From Bifidobacteriaceae bacterium (GTDB lineage: Bacteria > Actinomycetota > Actinomycetes > Actinomycetales > WQXJ01), in contig JAISBQ010000088.1 in assembly GCA_031266115.1 (NCBI GenBank), positions 1 to 42,731 of the forward strand: a DNA stretch of 42,731 nucleotides. Direction: 5' to 3'. Position 1 is the first letter of the stretch. Each line of letters begins with the position of its first letter. The position numbers were made by a program, and so were the translations under genes. The notes under the pieces were generated by a model. That model worked only from the letters and a program-made list of their open reading frames with translations, searched no databases and was not told where the DNA came from. Shown piece after piece: positions 34,444 to 42,731 of the stretch.

Positions 34444-36530
34444 CAGGCGTCCTCCTCCTCATCGACGTGCTCGCGCACCTCATCGCCAACCTCTTCGGCC
34501 CGCTCGGCCGCAACGGCCTTCGCGGCCGCCTTGCGCTCAGCGATGGACTGGCCAGGTGCGCCCCTGGGGATGGGGGCTCGCTCGCGTACGGGCGGCGCGC
34601 CATCGTCCCGGTCGAGGACGGCCGTCGCCGCTGTGCCCCTCGGCCCGGCTCCAATTCGGGCAGGAGCCTTCTCTGGAACACGGGTGACGCGCCCCCGCCC
34701 GGCATAGTGCACCGAGCCGGGTGCTCCCAACCGGTACGGATCGAGACCGGACCAGGGATGACCGTTGGCCCAGAACGGTACACGCGTGAGGAGCAACAGC
34801 ATGGGATGGGTGAACATCATGACCACAAGGAGGTCCATCAGTGTGGTCAAGCCGAGGGTGAACGCGAACCCGCGCACCGAACCGACCGAGACGAAGTACA
34901 GCACAGCGGCGGCGATGAAGTTCACGGCATCCGACGCGATGATGGTGCGTCGGGCTCTGACCCACGCGAGATCGACCGCGTGGCCGAGTGGACGTCCATC
35001 GCGTAACTCGTCTCTGATGCGTTCGAAGTACACGATGAACGAGTCCGCTGTCACACCGATTGAGACGATGATCCCGGCCACGCCGGCGAGCGACAGGCGG
35101 TAGCCCTGAAGCCACGACAGCACCAGCAGGGCACCATAGGTGAGACCCGTCGCCGTGACCAGCGACAGGATGGTGACCACGGACAGGGCCCGGTACTGGA
35201 GGAACGAATAGATCGCTACGAGGATCAGGCCGATCAGGCCGGCGATCAGGCCTTTCTGAAGCTGCTCCGAACCGAGCGTCGCCGAGACCTGTTCCTGGCT
35301 CATCACCGAGAAGTTCAGCGGCAGGGAGCCGAAGCTCAGCTGGTCTGCCAAGGTCTTGGAACTCGCCTGCGTGAACGACCCGCTGATCTCGGCGCGCCCA
35401 TCCGGAATGGCCGAGTTGATCCGCGGCGCCGAAACCACCCGGTCATCCAGGACGATCGCGAACTGGTTGCGGGGCTGTTCGAGGTCCACAAGCTTCGAGC
35501 TAACCGCCGAGAACTGCTTGGCCCCCGCGGTCTTGAGCTGGAGGGTGACCACCCATTCGCCAGTGGTCTGGCCTTGGGCATTGGTGGACAGGCCGGACTG
35601 GGCGTTGGAGAGCTGGTCGCCCTCGACCATGACCGGCCCCAGGATGTACTTCATGTAGGCCGGCGCCTCAGGTGTGCCCATGTTGTCTGAGCAGGTGACC
35701 AAGACCTCGTCGGAGTCAGACGGCTCGCCGGTGATATCGGAGCCGACGGTGGCACAGTCGATGTTGCTGTAGCGCTCCTCGTGGTCGGCGGTGATCAGCG
35801 TTTCGTCGAGGCCGGTCTCCAGGCGAGCATCGAAGTCGTCCATCGGGGGAACGGTGGGCGGCGCGGCACTCGGGTCGGCCGCGTCGCCGGTCGAGTCGGT
35901 GACAATCTCACCGTTCTCGTCGAGCTGAATCTCCTCGGGCAGGGCTTCGGCGCCCTCATCTGACGCGGCAGCGTCGTCGCCCTCGACCACTACCTCCTCG
36001 CTCGTCGCCTCGCCGGCGGCCACCTCTGGAGTGTCTCCACCTTCGGCGGCGGCGTCATCGGCGGCGATCTCGTCACCGGGCGGTTTGGGGAACGAGCGGG
36101 TCAACCACGCCGAGGGGCTCTGGGCGCTCGCCTGTTCCTCGCGCAACACGCTCCGGAACGTCATCTTGGCTGACTTCGACACCAAGTCGAGATCCTCCTG
36201 GGACGGATTGCCCGGGATGCCCACCACGATGTTTCCCGAGGCCTCGGAGGAGATTTCCGCCTCGGCGACACCGGAGGCGTCGACGCGCTGGCGGATGATC
36301 GCCACGGCCTGGCTCAGTGCCTCGGCCGATGGCCTCTGGGAGGAATCGATCGCCACCGGCTCAAGGATGAGCTGCGTCCCACCCACCAGGTCCAACGCCC
36401 TTCCTGGGACGAACGAGGCTTTGTCGGTGACGAACGAACCGGCGATCACGGAACCGAACAGCACCGCGATGATGCCGAACAGCGTCACGAGTGTCCGTAC
36501 CGGCCTGCCGGTCTTGCTACGAGCGGCCAC
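34443..36530 (-). CDS. secD: Protein translocase subunit SecD (with acidic periplasmic insert and long C-terminal tail)
   Basis: LDLVGGTQLILEP, the SecD TM core (GVAGIIVSIGVTADSFIVYFERIRDELRDG), and a 1-nt TGATG overlap with secF. Confidence 0.9.
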   Translation of the reverse strand: MAARSKTGRPVRTLVTLFGIIAVLFGSVIAGSFVTDKASFVPGRALDLVGGTQLILEPVAIDSSQRPSAEALSQAVAIIRQRVDASGVAEAEISSEASGNIVVGIPGNPSQEDLDLVSKSAKMTFRSVLREEQASAQSPSAWLTRSFPKPPGDEIAADDAAAEGGDTPEVAAGEATSEEVVVEGDDAAASDEGAEALPEEIQLDENGEIVTDSTGDAADPSAAPPTVPPMDDFDARLETGLDETLITADHEERYSNIDCATVGSDITGEPSDSDEVLVTCSDNMGTPEAPAYMKYILGPVMVEGDQLSNAQSGLSTNAQGQTTGEWVVTLQLKTAGAKQFSAVSSKLVDLEQPRNQFAIVLDDRVVSAPRINSAIPDGRAEISGSFTQASSKTLADQLSFGSLPLNFSVMSQEQVSATLGSEQLQKGLIAGLIGLILVAIYSFLQYRALSVVTILSLVTATGLTYGALLVLSWLQGYRLSLAGVAGIIVSIGVTADSFIVYFERIRDELRDGRPLGHAVDLAWVRARRTIIASDAVNFIAAAVLYFVSVGSVRGFAFTLGLTTLMDLLVVMMFTHPMLLLLTRVPFWANGHPWSGLDPYRLGAPGSVHYAGRGRVTRVPEKAPARIGAGPRGTAATAVLDRDDGAPPVRERAPIPRGAPGQSIAERKAAAKAVAAERAEEVGDEVREHVDEEEDA

Positions 36531-36605
36531 TTCTTCTTCTTTCGGGTCTGGAGGTCGTCGCGCGCGCCCCCGCGCGCCTGGCTGACATGGGTGGTCCTGC
36601 GCCGC

Positions 36606-37103
36606 CTATGACTTGTCGATCCCCGGCGCGTCATCGCCGTCGGGGGAACCTGGACCATCGGCGCCAGGTGAATCGGGATCGGGATCGGCGTCTGTATCAT
36701 CCGGATCCTCGGGGTAATCGGATGTCAGGGACGTCCACTCCTCGTCGGGGACCAGCGATCGGATGGACCGGCGTATCCACTGCGATTGGTCGCCGTTCGC
36801 TGAGGCGATCGTGATGACATCGCCCTCCACGCGAGAAATGACCCCTACCATCCCGGACATCGTCATCACGCGCTGGCCGGGGCCCAACTCCGTGCGGAAC
36901 GCGTCCGCGTTGACCTGCTTCTTCTTGTTGCGCCGGGACATGACGTACATGAGGATCGCGACACCGATGAGTAGAACCCACATAAAGATGGAACTACCCC
37001 CGCCTTGCGGCGCCGAGGCCGGGTCTTCCGGCGTGGGGCTTTCCCCTGTCGCCTCGACGATGGCGATGAAAAGGGCGGCTTTCACAGGCGCGAGTCTCCT
37101 CAC
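36606..37103 (-). CDS. yajC: Preprotein translocase subunit YajC
   Basis: TM segment IFMWVLLIGVAILMYVM, then SRRNKKKQ and GQRVMTMSGMVGVISRVEGD. The start may be internal. Confidence 0.8.
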   Translation of the reverse strand: MRRLAPVKAALFIAIVEATGESPTPEDPASAPQGGGSSIFMWVLLIGVAILMYVMSRRNKKKQVNADAFRTELGPGQRVMTMSGMVGVISRVEGDVITIASANGDQSQWIRRSIRSLVPDEEWTSLTSDYPEDPDDTDADPDPDSPGADGPGSPDGDDAPGIDKS

Positions 37104-37129
37104 ATAGCGGTCGATGTTCCCACGGAAGT

Positions 37130-38173
37130 CTAGGGCATGGATAACTGGCCGCTGCCCCGTGCCAACGGCCAGGCGGATGGCGCCACGCCAGCGTGCGTGT
37201 ACCCGGCGGCCGTCGCCTGGCGCCCACGCGGTGTGCGCGAGATCAACCCCTCTCGCAACAGGAACGGTTCTACCACGGTTTCGATGGTGTCGGTCTCTTC
37301 TCCCACCGCAGCGGCAAGTGTGGTCAGGCCGACGGGTTGGCCCGAGAAACGCACGGTCAGCGCCGTGAGAACGGCCCGATCCAGGCGGTCCAGACCGCGC
37401 TCGTCCACCTCATAGACCTTCAGCGCGGCGAGCGCGGCATCGAGATCGCCCACCCCGCGTCCCCGCACCTGCGCCCAATCTCGCACCCGGCGCAACAGCC
37501 GGTTGGAGATCCGCGGCGTGCCCCGTGACCGACTGGCGATCTGCGCGGCCGCATCGGCGGTCAACTCGATGTCGAGCAGGCGCGCGGAACGGGTGAGCAC
37601 CTGTTCCAGTTCATCCGGGGCGTAATAGTCGAGGTGTCCGGTGAAACCGAACCTGTCGCGCAGCGGCGCCGGGAGGAGCCCAGCCCTGGTGGTCGCGCCT
37701 ACCACGGTGAACGGTGGCAGGGACAGTGGGATCGCCGTGGCGCCGGGCCCCTTGCCCACCATGACGTCTACACGAAAATCCTCCATGGCGACGTACAGCA
37801 TTTCCTCGACGGGCCTGGCCAAGCGGTGGATTTCGTCGACGAACAACACCTCGCCTTCATCCAACGAGCTGAGCACGGCAGCGAGGTCCCCGGCATGCTG
37901 GATGGCCGGCCCGGACGTGACCCGCAGGTGAGCGCCAAGCTCAGCGGCGATGATCATCGACAGCGTGGTCTTGCCGAGCCCCGGCGGTCCCGACAGCAGC
38001 ACGTGATCGGGGTTCGCCCCCCGTGCGCGCGCGGCTTCGAGCACCAGGCCGAGTTGGTCCCTCACCACGTGTTGGCCGACAAACTCGTCGAGTGTGCGCG
38101 GCCGCAGGGCCGCCTCGATCGCGCGCTCGGACTCATCGGCTCCGGGCGAGACCGGCCGCTCCGATTCAGCCAC
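37130..38173 (-). CDS. ruvB: Holliday junction branch migration helicase RuvB
   Basis: [12 protein letters not shown], Walker [10 protein letters not shown] and LFVDEIHRL. Confidence 0.95.
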   Translation of the reverse strand: MAESERPVSPGADESERAIEAALRPRTLDEFVGQHVVRDQLGLVLEAARARGANPDHVLLSGPPGLGKTTLSMIIAAELGAHLRVTSGPAIQHAGDLAAVLSSLDEGEVLFVDEIHRLARPVEEMLYVAMEDFRVDVMVGKGPGATAIPLSLPPFTVVGATTRAGLLPAPLRDRFGFTGHLDYYAPDELEQVLTRSARLLDIELTADAAAQIASRSRGTPRISNRLLRRVRDWAQVRGRGVGDLDAALAALKVYEVDERGLDRLDRAVLTALTVRFSGQPVGLTTLAAAVGEETDTIETVVEPFLLREGLISRTPRGRQATAAGYTHAGVAPSAWPLARGSGQLSMP

Positions 38174-38762
38174 GCCGCGCCCCCAATGTCCTCAGGGCGG
38201 CCCGCAAGGTCTCCGCAGCCGACGATGGCGCCCCCTGCGTCGCGGCGACCTCGTCCAGTGCCGCTTCGGCCTGGGCCACGGTCCATCCGAGCGCGACCAG
38301 CCCCGCTCCCACTTCCTCCCGCACAGGCGAGGGCGCCGTATCGCGGTGAGCGGCGCTACCGTCCACTGCGAGTTTCCCGGCCAGTTCCAGAACCAGGCGA
38401 CTGGCGCCCTTCTTGCCGATGCCGGGTACCCGTTGAAGGAGCGCGAGATCGCTGGCCTCCACGGCCCTGGCCAGTTGGTCCGGTGTCATCGCCGCGAGCA
38501 CGGCCATGGCGATTCTGGGGCCGATGCCGGACACGGTCTGGACGGCTTCAAACGCCGCACGCTCCGCCTCGTCGGCGAAGCCGTAGAGGGTCAGGGCATC
38601 GTCGCGGACCACCAACAAGGTGGTCAACTGGGCTTCGGCCCCTATTCGCAACGTCGCGACGCCGGCCGGGGTGGCGATGATCGAGAATCCAACGCCCGCG
38701 GTTTCGAGGATGGCGGTGGTTCCGCGGATGGCGAGCACGCGCCCGCGAATCGAGGCGATCAC
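38166..38762 (-). CDS. ruvA: Holliday junction DNA-binding protein RuvA
   Basis: MIASIRGRV, HhH motifs (VSGIGPRIA; [16 protein letters not shown]), and an 8-nt overlap with ruvB. Confidence 0.95.
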   Translation of the reverse strand: MIASIRGRVLAIRGTTAILETAGVGFSIIATPAGVATLRIGAEAQLTTLLVVRDDALTLYGFADEAERAAFEAVQTVSGIGPRIAMAVLAAMTPDQLARAVEASDLALLQRVPGIGKKGASRLVLELAGKLAVDGSAAHRDTAPSPVREEVGAGLVALGWTVAQAEAALDEVAATQGAPSSAAETLRAALRTLGARRG

Positions 38763-38831
38763 GCAGCAGTCCTCCAGTAGGAACGAACATGTGTACTAGA
38801 CCACGCTACCAGCCAAGGCCACCAGGCAGAT

Positions 38832-38921
38832 GTCATCTCCCCCGGCGCGCCGCCCGTTGGCAGACCTTCGCGCGGCGAAGCCCCACACGCACAAGTCATC
38901 TCCCCCGGCGCGCCGCCCGTT
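38832..38921 (-). repeat. 27-bp direct repeat pair (38832-38858 and 38895-38921) duplicating the ruvC 3' end including its stop codon
   Basis: gtcatctcccccggcgcgccgcccgtt occurs twice, 63 bp apart. The right copy covers the last codons plus the TGA of ruvC, and the left copy lies in the ruvC-ruvA spacer. A small hairpin cttcgc-cgc-gcgaag sits between the two copies. Confidence 0.85.
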
Positions 38922-39450
38922 CGGCATCGATCCATTGACGCTGGGCAGGGGTCGGCGTGCCCGCACGCGGGTGCGTCGCGGCACCACGCCAGGCGTGGCA
39001 GATGGCCAGGGCCAAGGCATCGGCGGCGTCGGCCGGGGTGGGAGGAGCGTCAAGATTCAACAGACGCCTCACCATGTGCTGGACCTGCGCCTTGTCGGCG
39101 TTGCCGGCGCCCGTGACCGCGGCCTTGACTTCCGTCGGCGTGTGGACTGCCACCTCGATTCCTCGCCGGGCCGCCTCTACCATCGCCAGGCCGGCCACTT
39201 GCGCTGTGCCCGTCACCGTCATGACGTTGCGTTGAGCAAAGACACGCTCCACGGCGACAGCATCCGGCTGGTGGGCGTCCATCCACTGTCCCAGCTCGCC
39301 GGCAAGCGCGAGCAAGCGCGCAGCCAACGCGGAGTCCGCAGGAGTCCGCACCACACCGACGGCCACCAGGGCGACGCGCCGCGCGGCAAGGCCGTCCACG
39401 ACCCCGATCCCGCACCGGGTCAGGCCCGGATCGACTCCGAGTACCCGCAT
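38896..39450 (-). CDS. ruvC: Crossover junction endodeoxyribonuclease RuvC
   Basis: [19 protein letters not shown] starting from ATG 39450; the track ORF starts two codons earlier at GTG 39456. Confidence 0.9.
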   Translation of the reverse strand: MRVLGVDPGLTRCGIGVVDGLAARRVALVAVGVVRTPADSALAARLLALAGELGQWMDAHQPDAVAVERVFAQRNVMTVTGTAQVAGLAMVEAARRGIEVAVHTPTEVKAAVTGAGNADKAQVQHMVRRLLNLDAPPTPADAADALALAICHAWRGAATHPRAGTPTPAQRQWIDAERAARRGR

Positions 39451-39456
39451 CGACAC

Positions 39457-40212
39457 CTAGGCCTCGGCCGCGGCCATGACCTCGTCGGAGGCGTCGAAAT
39501 TCGCGTAGACGTTCTGGACATCGTCCAGGTCCTCCAGCGCGTCGATCAGCCGAAGGATCTTCTTCGCCACCTCGACACCGACCTCCACCTGGACCGACGG
39601 CACAAAGTCGATGTCCGCCGAGTCGTAGTCGATGCCCGCGGCCTGCAGTGCCTGGCGCGCGGGAACCATGTCAGTGGGCTCCGTCACCACCTCGAATGCG
39701 CCGTCCATCTCGTTGACCTCCTCGGCGCCGGCGTCGAGGACGGCCATGAGGATGGTGTCCTCATCCACCCCATCCTGAGCCGGCACAAGGATCACACCCT
39801 TGCGCGAGAACATGTAGGAGACCGACCCCGGATCGGCCAACGTCCCACCGTTGCGGGTCAGGGCCACGCGAACGTCCGATGCCGCCCGGTTGCGGTTGTC
39901 CGTCAGACATTCGACGAGAATCGCGACGCCCCCGGAGCCGTAGCCCTCGTAGGTGATGGACTGGTATTCGGCCCCGCCACCCTCCTGACCCGACCCGCGC
40001 TTGACCGCCCGGTCGATGTTGTCGTTGGGGACCGAGGACTTCTTGGCCTTTTGGATCGCGTCGTAGAGGGTGGGGTTCGCGGCCGGGTCACCGCCGCCCG
40101 TGCGGGCCGCTACCTCGATGTTCTTGATGAGCTTGGCAAACAGCTTGCCGCGCTTCGCGTCGATTGCCGCCTTCTTGTGCTTGGTAGTAGCCCACTTGGA
40201 ATGCCCTGACAT
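39457..40212 (-). CDS. YebC/PmpR-family DNA-binding transcriptional regulator
   Basis: [37 protein letters not shown] starting from ATG 40212; the track ORF is extended upstream to 40359. Confidence 0.9.
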   Translation of the reverse strand: MSGHSKWATTKHKKAAIDAKRGKLFAKLIKNIEVAARTGGGDPAANPTLYDAIQKAKKSSVPNDNIDRAVKRGSGQEGGGAEYQSITYEGYGSGGVAILVECLTDNRNRAASDVRVALTRNGGTLADPGSVSYMFSRKGVILVPAQDGVDEDTILMAVLDAGAEEVNEMDGAFEVVTEPTDMVPARQALQAAGIDYDSADIDFVPSVQVEVGVEVAKKILRLIDALEDLDDVQNVYANFDASDEVMAAAEA

Positions 40213-40267
40213 GTTGGTACAACCCTCTTCCGTCGTTAGCGCCCGCGCCAGCTTACCGTGGCAGGCC

Positions 40268-40828
40268 TCAGCCTTGGGGGTGGGGCAGGGTCTCGGGCAA
40301 CGCGTCGTCCATCTCGAAGGTGAGGGGCATCGGCGTGCGTCCGGCCAGACGCAAGGCACGGACCGGCCAGCTGCGCCTCCGGCGGCGGGTCTTGCCCACG
40401 GCCTCGTTGTAGAAGCGCCGCGCCAGGGTCACCCGATACCAGGTCGCGGCGACCTCGCCCACCAGCTCCCGCCCCACCGGATCGAGCAGATCAATATCGG
40501 CCGGTTCGCCGAGGGCGAGGCGGATCGTGCCCGAGAGCTCGGACTGGATTGCGCCCGAGGAGGGGAGGGGAACGCCATCGTCCATCATTGATGCCAGAGC
40601 GGCCCGCGCGGCCTCGGCCACCACAATCGAACTGGCCGGATCCAGAACCCCCGAATGGGCCAAGTCCAAGGCGGCCACCGCCCGGGCCACGAGTTGGTGG
40701 GCCAGGCTGGTGCGCGCGGAGGCCACCCGTCGATGCAGTCGGTCCAGCCGCTGGGCCGAGACCCAGATCACCCACCAGATCACGGCCACGATCCCCGCGA
40801 TCACCAGACCGATCTCGGCGCCGGTCAT
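40268..40828 (-). CDS. Hypothetical membrane-anchored protein
   Basis: N-terminal TM ([18 protein letters not shown]) followed by helical Ala/Arg-rich sequence. ATG 40828 overlaps the pimA stop (ATGA at 40825-40828); an alternative ATG lies at 40840. Confidence 0.6.
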   Translation of the reverse strand: MTGAEIGLVIAGIVAVIWWVIWVSAQRLDRLHRRVASARTSLAHQLVARAVAALDLAHSGVLDPASSIVVAEAARAALASMMDDGVPLPSSGAIQSELSGTIRLALGEPADIDLLDPVGRELVGEVAATWYRVTLARRFYNEAVGKTRRRRRSWPVRALRLAGRTPMPLTFEMDDALPETLPHPQG

Positions 40829-41970
40829 CGTTCCCACCACCTGCCACGGGTTGAGCGATCCTCCTCGACGTGACCCACGGCGACCGTCTCGTAGACGGCC
40901 AGGATCTGTGAGACGACCGACGACCAGTCGTACCGCCAGACGGCCTCGGCGGCGGCTCGTGCCAAATCCTGTGTGCCGGGCCTGTCGTGGAGGCGCCCGA
41001 TGATGGCCCTGGCCAATGCGGCGGGATCACCCGTGGCGAATACTGTGCCGAGTGCGCCATCGTCCAACACGCGGCGAAAGGCCCCCAAGTCGCTGGCGAC
41101 GACCCCCGCGCCGGCGCTCATCGCCTCCACCAGCACGATCCCGAAGGATTCCCCACCGGTGTGTGGCGCCACGTACAGGTCCACCGAGGCAAGTAAGGAG
41201 CCCTTGGCCTCCTCCGTGACCGGCCCGAGGACTTCCACCGCGTCCGCATGCGCCCCGAGGGCTTTGGCGCCAACCTCTCCGCGGCCGGCCACCAGCACGC
41301 GTAGCCCTGGCACCGCCGCCCGGATATCGGGCAAGGCGCGCAGGAGCACGTCCAGGCCCTTGCGAGGTTCGTCCAAGCGCCCGAGGAACGCCACGGTGGG
41401 ACGCTCGGCGGTACCCCGCCACTCCTCGCGAGGCGTCGCCTGAGCGAAAGCGTTGACGTGGACGCCGTTGGGGATGATCACTGCGTCGCCGCCAGCGTGG
41501 TCCACCAGCGTGCGCCGCGCGTCCTCGCTGACCGCGATCGCTCCACGGATCTTCTCCAAGGGGGAACGCATGAAGGGTCGGGCCACGGACATGGCTCGCG
41601 AGTGAGTTTGGGCCGAGTGGAAGGTTGCGACGATCGGGCCGTCGGCAATCCACAGCGCCAACAGGCCCAACGAAGGCGGCATCGGTTCGTGGATGTGCAG
41701 AACATTGAACTCGCCATCGGCCAGCCAGCGGCGTGTCCGGGCAGCGGCCATCGGACCAAACGCGAGCCGGGCCACCGACCCGTTGTAATGTACGGGGACT
41801 GACCGGCCGGTGGTCACCACGTAGTCCGGAACCGGGGTGTCCGAATCGGCGGGGGCGAGCACCGACACCTCGTGGCCCCGGGAGATGAGGGCGCCGGCCA
41901 AGTCGCGAACGTGAAACTGGACTCCGCCCGGCACGTCGAACGAGTACGGGCACACGATGCCGATCCTCAT
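40825..41970 (-). CDS. pimA: GT4 glycosyltransferase, phosphatidylinositol alpha-mannosyltransferase
   Basis: MRIGIVCPYSFDVPGGVQFHVRDLA starting from ATG 41970, and the EX7E region GGESFGIVLVEAMSAG. ATGA overlap with the upstream acyltransferase at 41967-41970. Confidence 0.85.
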   Translation of the reverse strand: MRIGIVCPYSFDVPGGVQFHVRDLAGALISRGHEVSVLAPADSDTPVPDYVVTTGRSVPVHYNGSVARLAFGPMAAARTRRWLADGEFNVLHIHEPMPPSLGLLALWIADGPIVATFHSAQTHSRAMSVARPFMRSPLEKIRGAIAVSEDARRTLVDHAGGDAVIIPNGVHVNAFAQATPREEWRGTAERPTVAFLGRLDEPRKGLDVLLRALPDIRAAVPGLRVLVAGRGEVGAKALGAHADAVEVLGPVTEEAKGSLLASVDLYVAPHTGGESFGIVLVEAMSAGAGVVASDLGAFRRVLDDGALGTVFATGDPAALARAIIGRLHDRPGTQDLARAAAEAVWRYDWSSVVSQILAVYETVAVGHVEEDRSTRGRWWER

Positions 41971-42731
41971 GCGTCCGTTCCCCGAACCTGGGCATCCTTG
42001 TCCGCGTCGAGGTCCTCCACGAAAACCTTCTGGAGCATATGCCAGTCGGTGGGATGCTCGGCGATCACACCGGCAAGCGCCGTAGCCCACCCTTGAGTCA
42101 TCACCTGAACCTCTTGTGCGGCCGGCAGGTCGGGGCGGCGCGGAACTTCCGGCAAGACCACGAGGGTGTAGCCGTGCCGGCTACGGGCCACACGCCGGCG
42201 GGCGCCGGTCAGCTTCTCGCTGACGATCGCCAGGGGGATGAGGGGAACGTCCGCGTGACATGCAAGAGCCGCCGGGCCGGCGGCCACCCTCGCGGCGTGA
42301 CCGAACATCGTCACCTCGATGCCACGACGCGACAAGTCGCGGTCCGCCAGGATCGGCACGATTCCGCGTTCATGCGACATGGCCGCCTCCGCCAACGGCC
42401 TGAAGACCTTGCCAGGATCGGACGGCACGATGGTCAACCCGATGGTGGCGCGCATGGCGACGAATTGGTCGAACAACTCCGGTGGCTTCAAGCGCTCGGC
42501 CACCGTCGTGACAGCGCCGATCTCGCGTGTGGCCCACGCTCCAGCCATATCCCAGTTGCCCATGTGGGCAAGCGCCAGGACGGGGTTGCGACCCCTCGCC
42601 ACGACGGCGTCCAACCGTTCACGCCCCTCCGCTCCGATCCGGGCGACGAGCTGGGGGACGGTGAAGTGAGACACGTGGAAGATCTCGTGGTAGTAGCGCA
42701 TGTACGCGACCATCGCGCGGCGCGTCAGACG
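41967..42731 (-). CDS. LpxL/HtrB-family acyltransferase (PIM acyltransferase-like), 5' end outside the window
   Basis: ALAHMGNWDMAGAWA acyltransferase motif. The frame stays open to the window edge. Its position immediately upstream of pimA matches other Actinomycetota. Confidence 0.75.
   Translation of the reverse strand, partial: RLTRRAMVAYMRYYHEIFHVSHFTVPQLVARIGAEGRERLDAVVARGRNPVLALAHMGNWDMAGAWATREIGAVTTVAERLKPPELFDQFVAMRATIGLTIVPSDPGKVFRPLAEAAMSHERGIVPILADRDLSRRGIEVTMFGHAARVAAGPAALACHADVPLIPLAIVSEKLTGARRRVARSRHGYTLVVLPEVPRRPDLPAAQEVQVMTQGWATALAGVIAEHPTDWHMLQKVFVEDLDADKDAQVRGTDA

Noticed and set aside
35780-36060. Acidic Ala/Asp/Glu-rich insert in the SecD periplasmic domain, and the long charged C-terminal tail (34443-34760)
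   Set aside because: These are low-complexity lineage-specific extensions of an otherwise standard SecD. There is no evidence of a separate function.
41027-41995. 322-aa minus-strand ORF overlapping pimA in another frame
   Set aside because: It is an alternate frame of a well-supported GT4 gene, and its product is Arg/Gly/Pro-rich.

Overview
This is a high-GC Actinomycetota chromosome segment, judged from the PIM-biosynthesis genes, an MmpL transporter and the classic actinobacterial gene order. The right part (23.5-42.7 kb) is an ordinary, intact housekeeping block. Reading leftward on the minus strand it carries PIM acyltransferase (partial), pimA, a membrane protein, yebC, ruvC, ruvA, ruvB, yajC, secD, secF, apt and relA. 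A PPIase and a DUF349 gene follow on the plus strand, then an MBL hydrolase, hisS and aspS. The left 23 kb is accessory, apart from rarA, and holds three things worth a second look. (1) A co-directional cluster at 15.4-20.7 kb has two paralogous small Sec-secreted two-Cys proteins. From memory they resemble the Streptomyces killer-toxin-like (SKLP) / antifungal AFP1 group. One copy is killed by a TGG-to-TAG change at a conserved Trp. They are followed by a Cys-rich lipoprotein, a HlyD-type adaptor carrying a peptidoglycan-binding domain, and a MacB-type ABC ATPase and permease. The last four genes are linked by ATGA overlaps, and the cluster ends 17 nt upstream of rarA. This is my best candidate for an undescribed toxin/self-protection or envelope system. 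(2) A 3385-aa Sec-signal-bearing mosaic surface protein (3551-13708) has Calx-beta-like, Ig-like, CARDB-like, cadherin-like and Big_2 modules. It also has an unassigned beta-strand-rich Gly/aromatic core and no visible anchoring signal. (3) A decayed islet at 0.2-3.5 kb has tandem Cys-lipoprotein paralogs (one frameshifted), a frameshifted YoeB-like toxin with its antitoxin, and an HTH-antitoxin/PIN pair. The PIN gene is frameshifted and truncated against the 3' end of the giant gene. All four disrupted genes lie in accessory DNA and none of the ~20 housekeeping genes is disrupted, which argues for real decay rather than sequencing error. No rRNA, tRNA, CRISPR array, transposase or integrase was seen. 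The many long antisense or alternate-frame ORFs in the track are high-GC artefacts. All family assignments rest on motif reading and memory and need profile searches.
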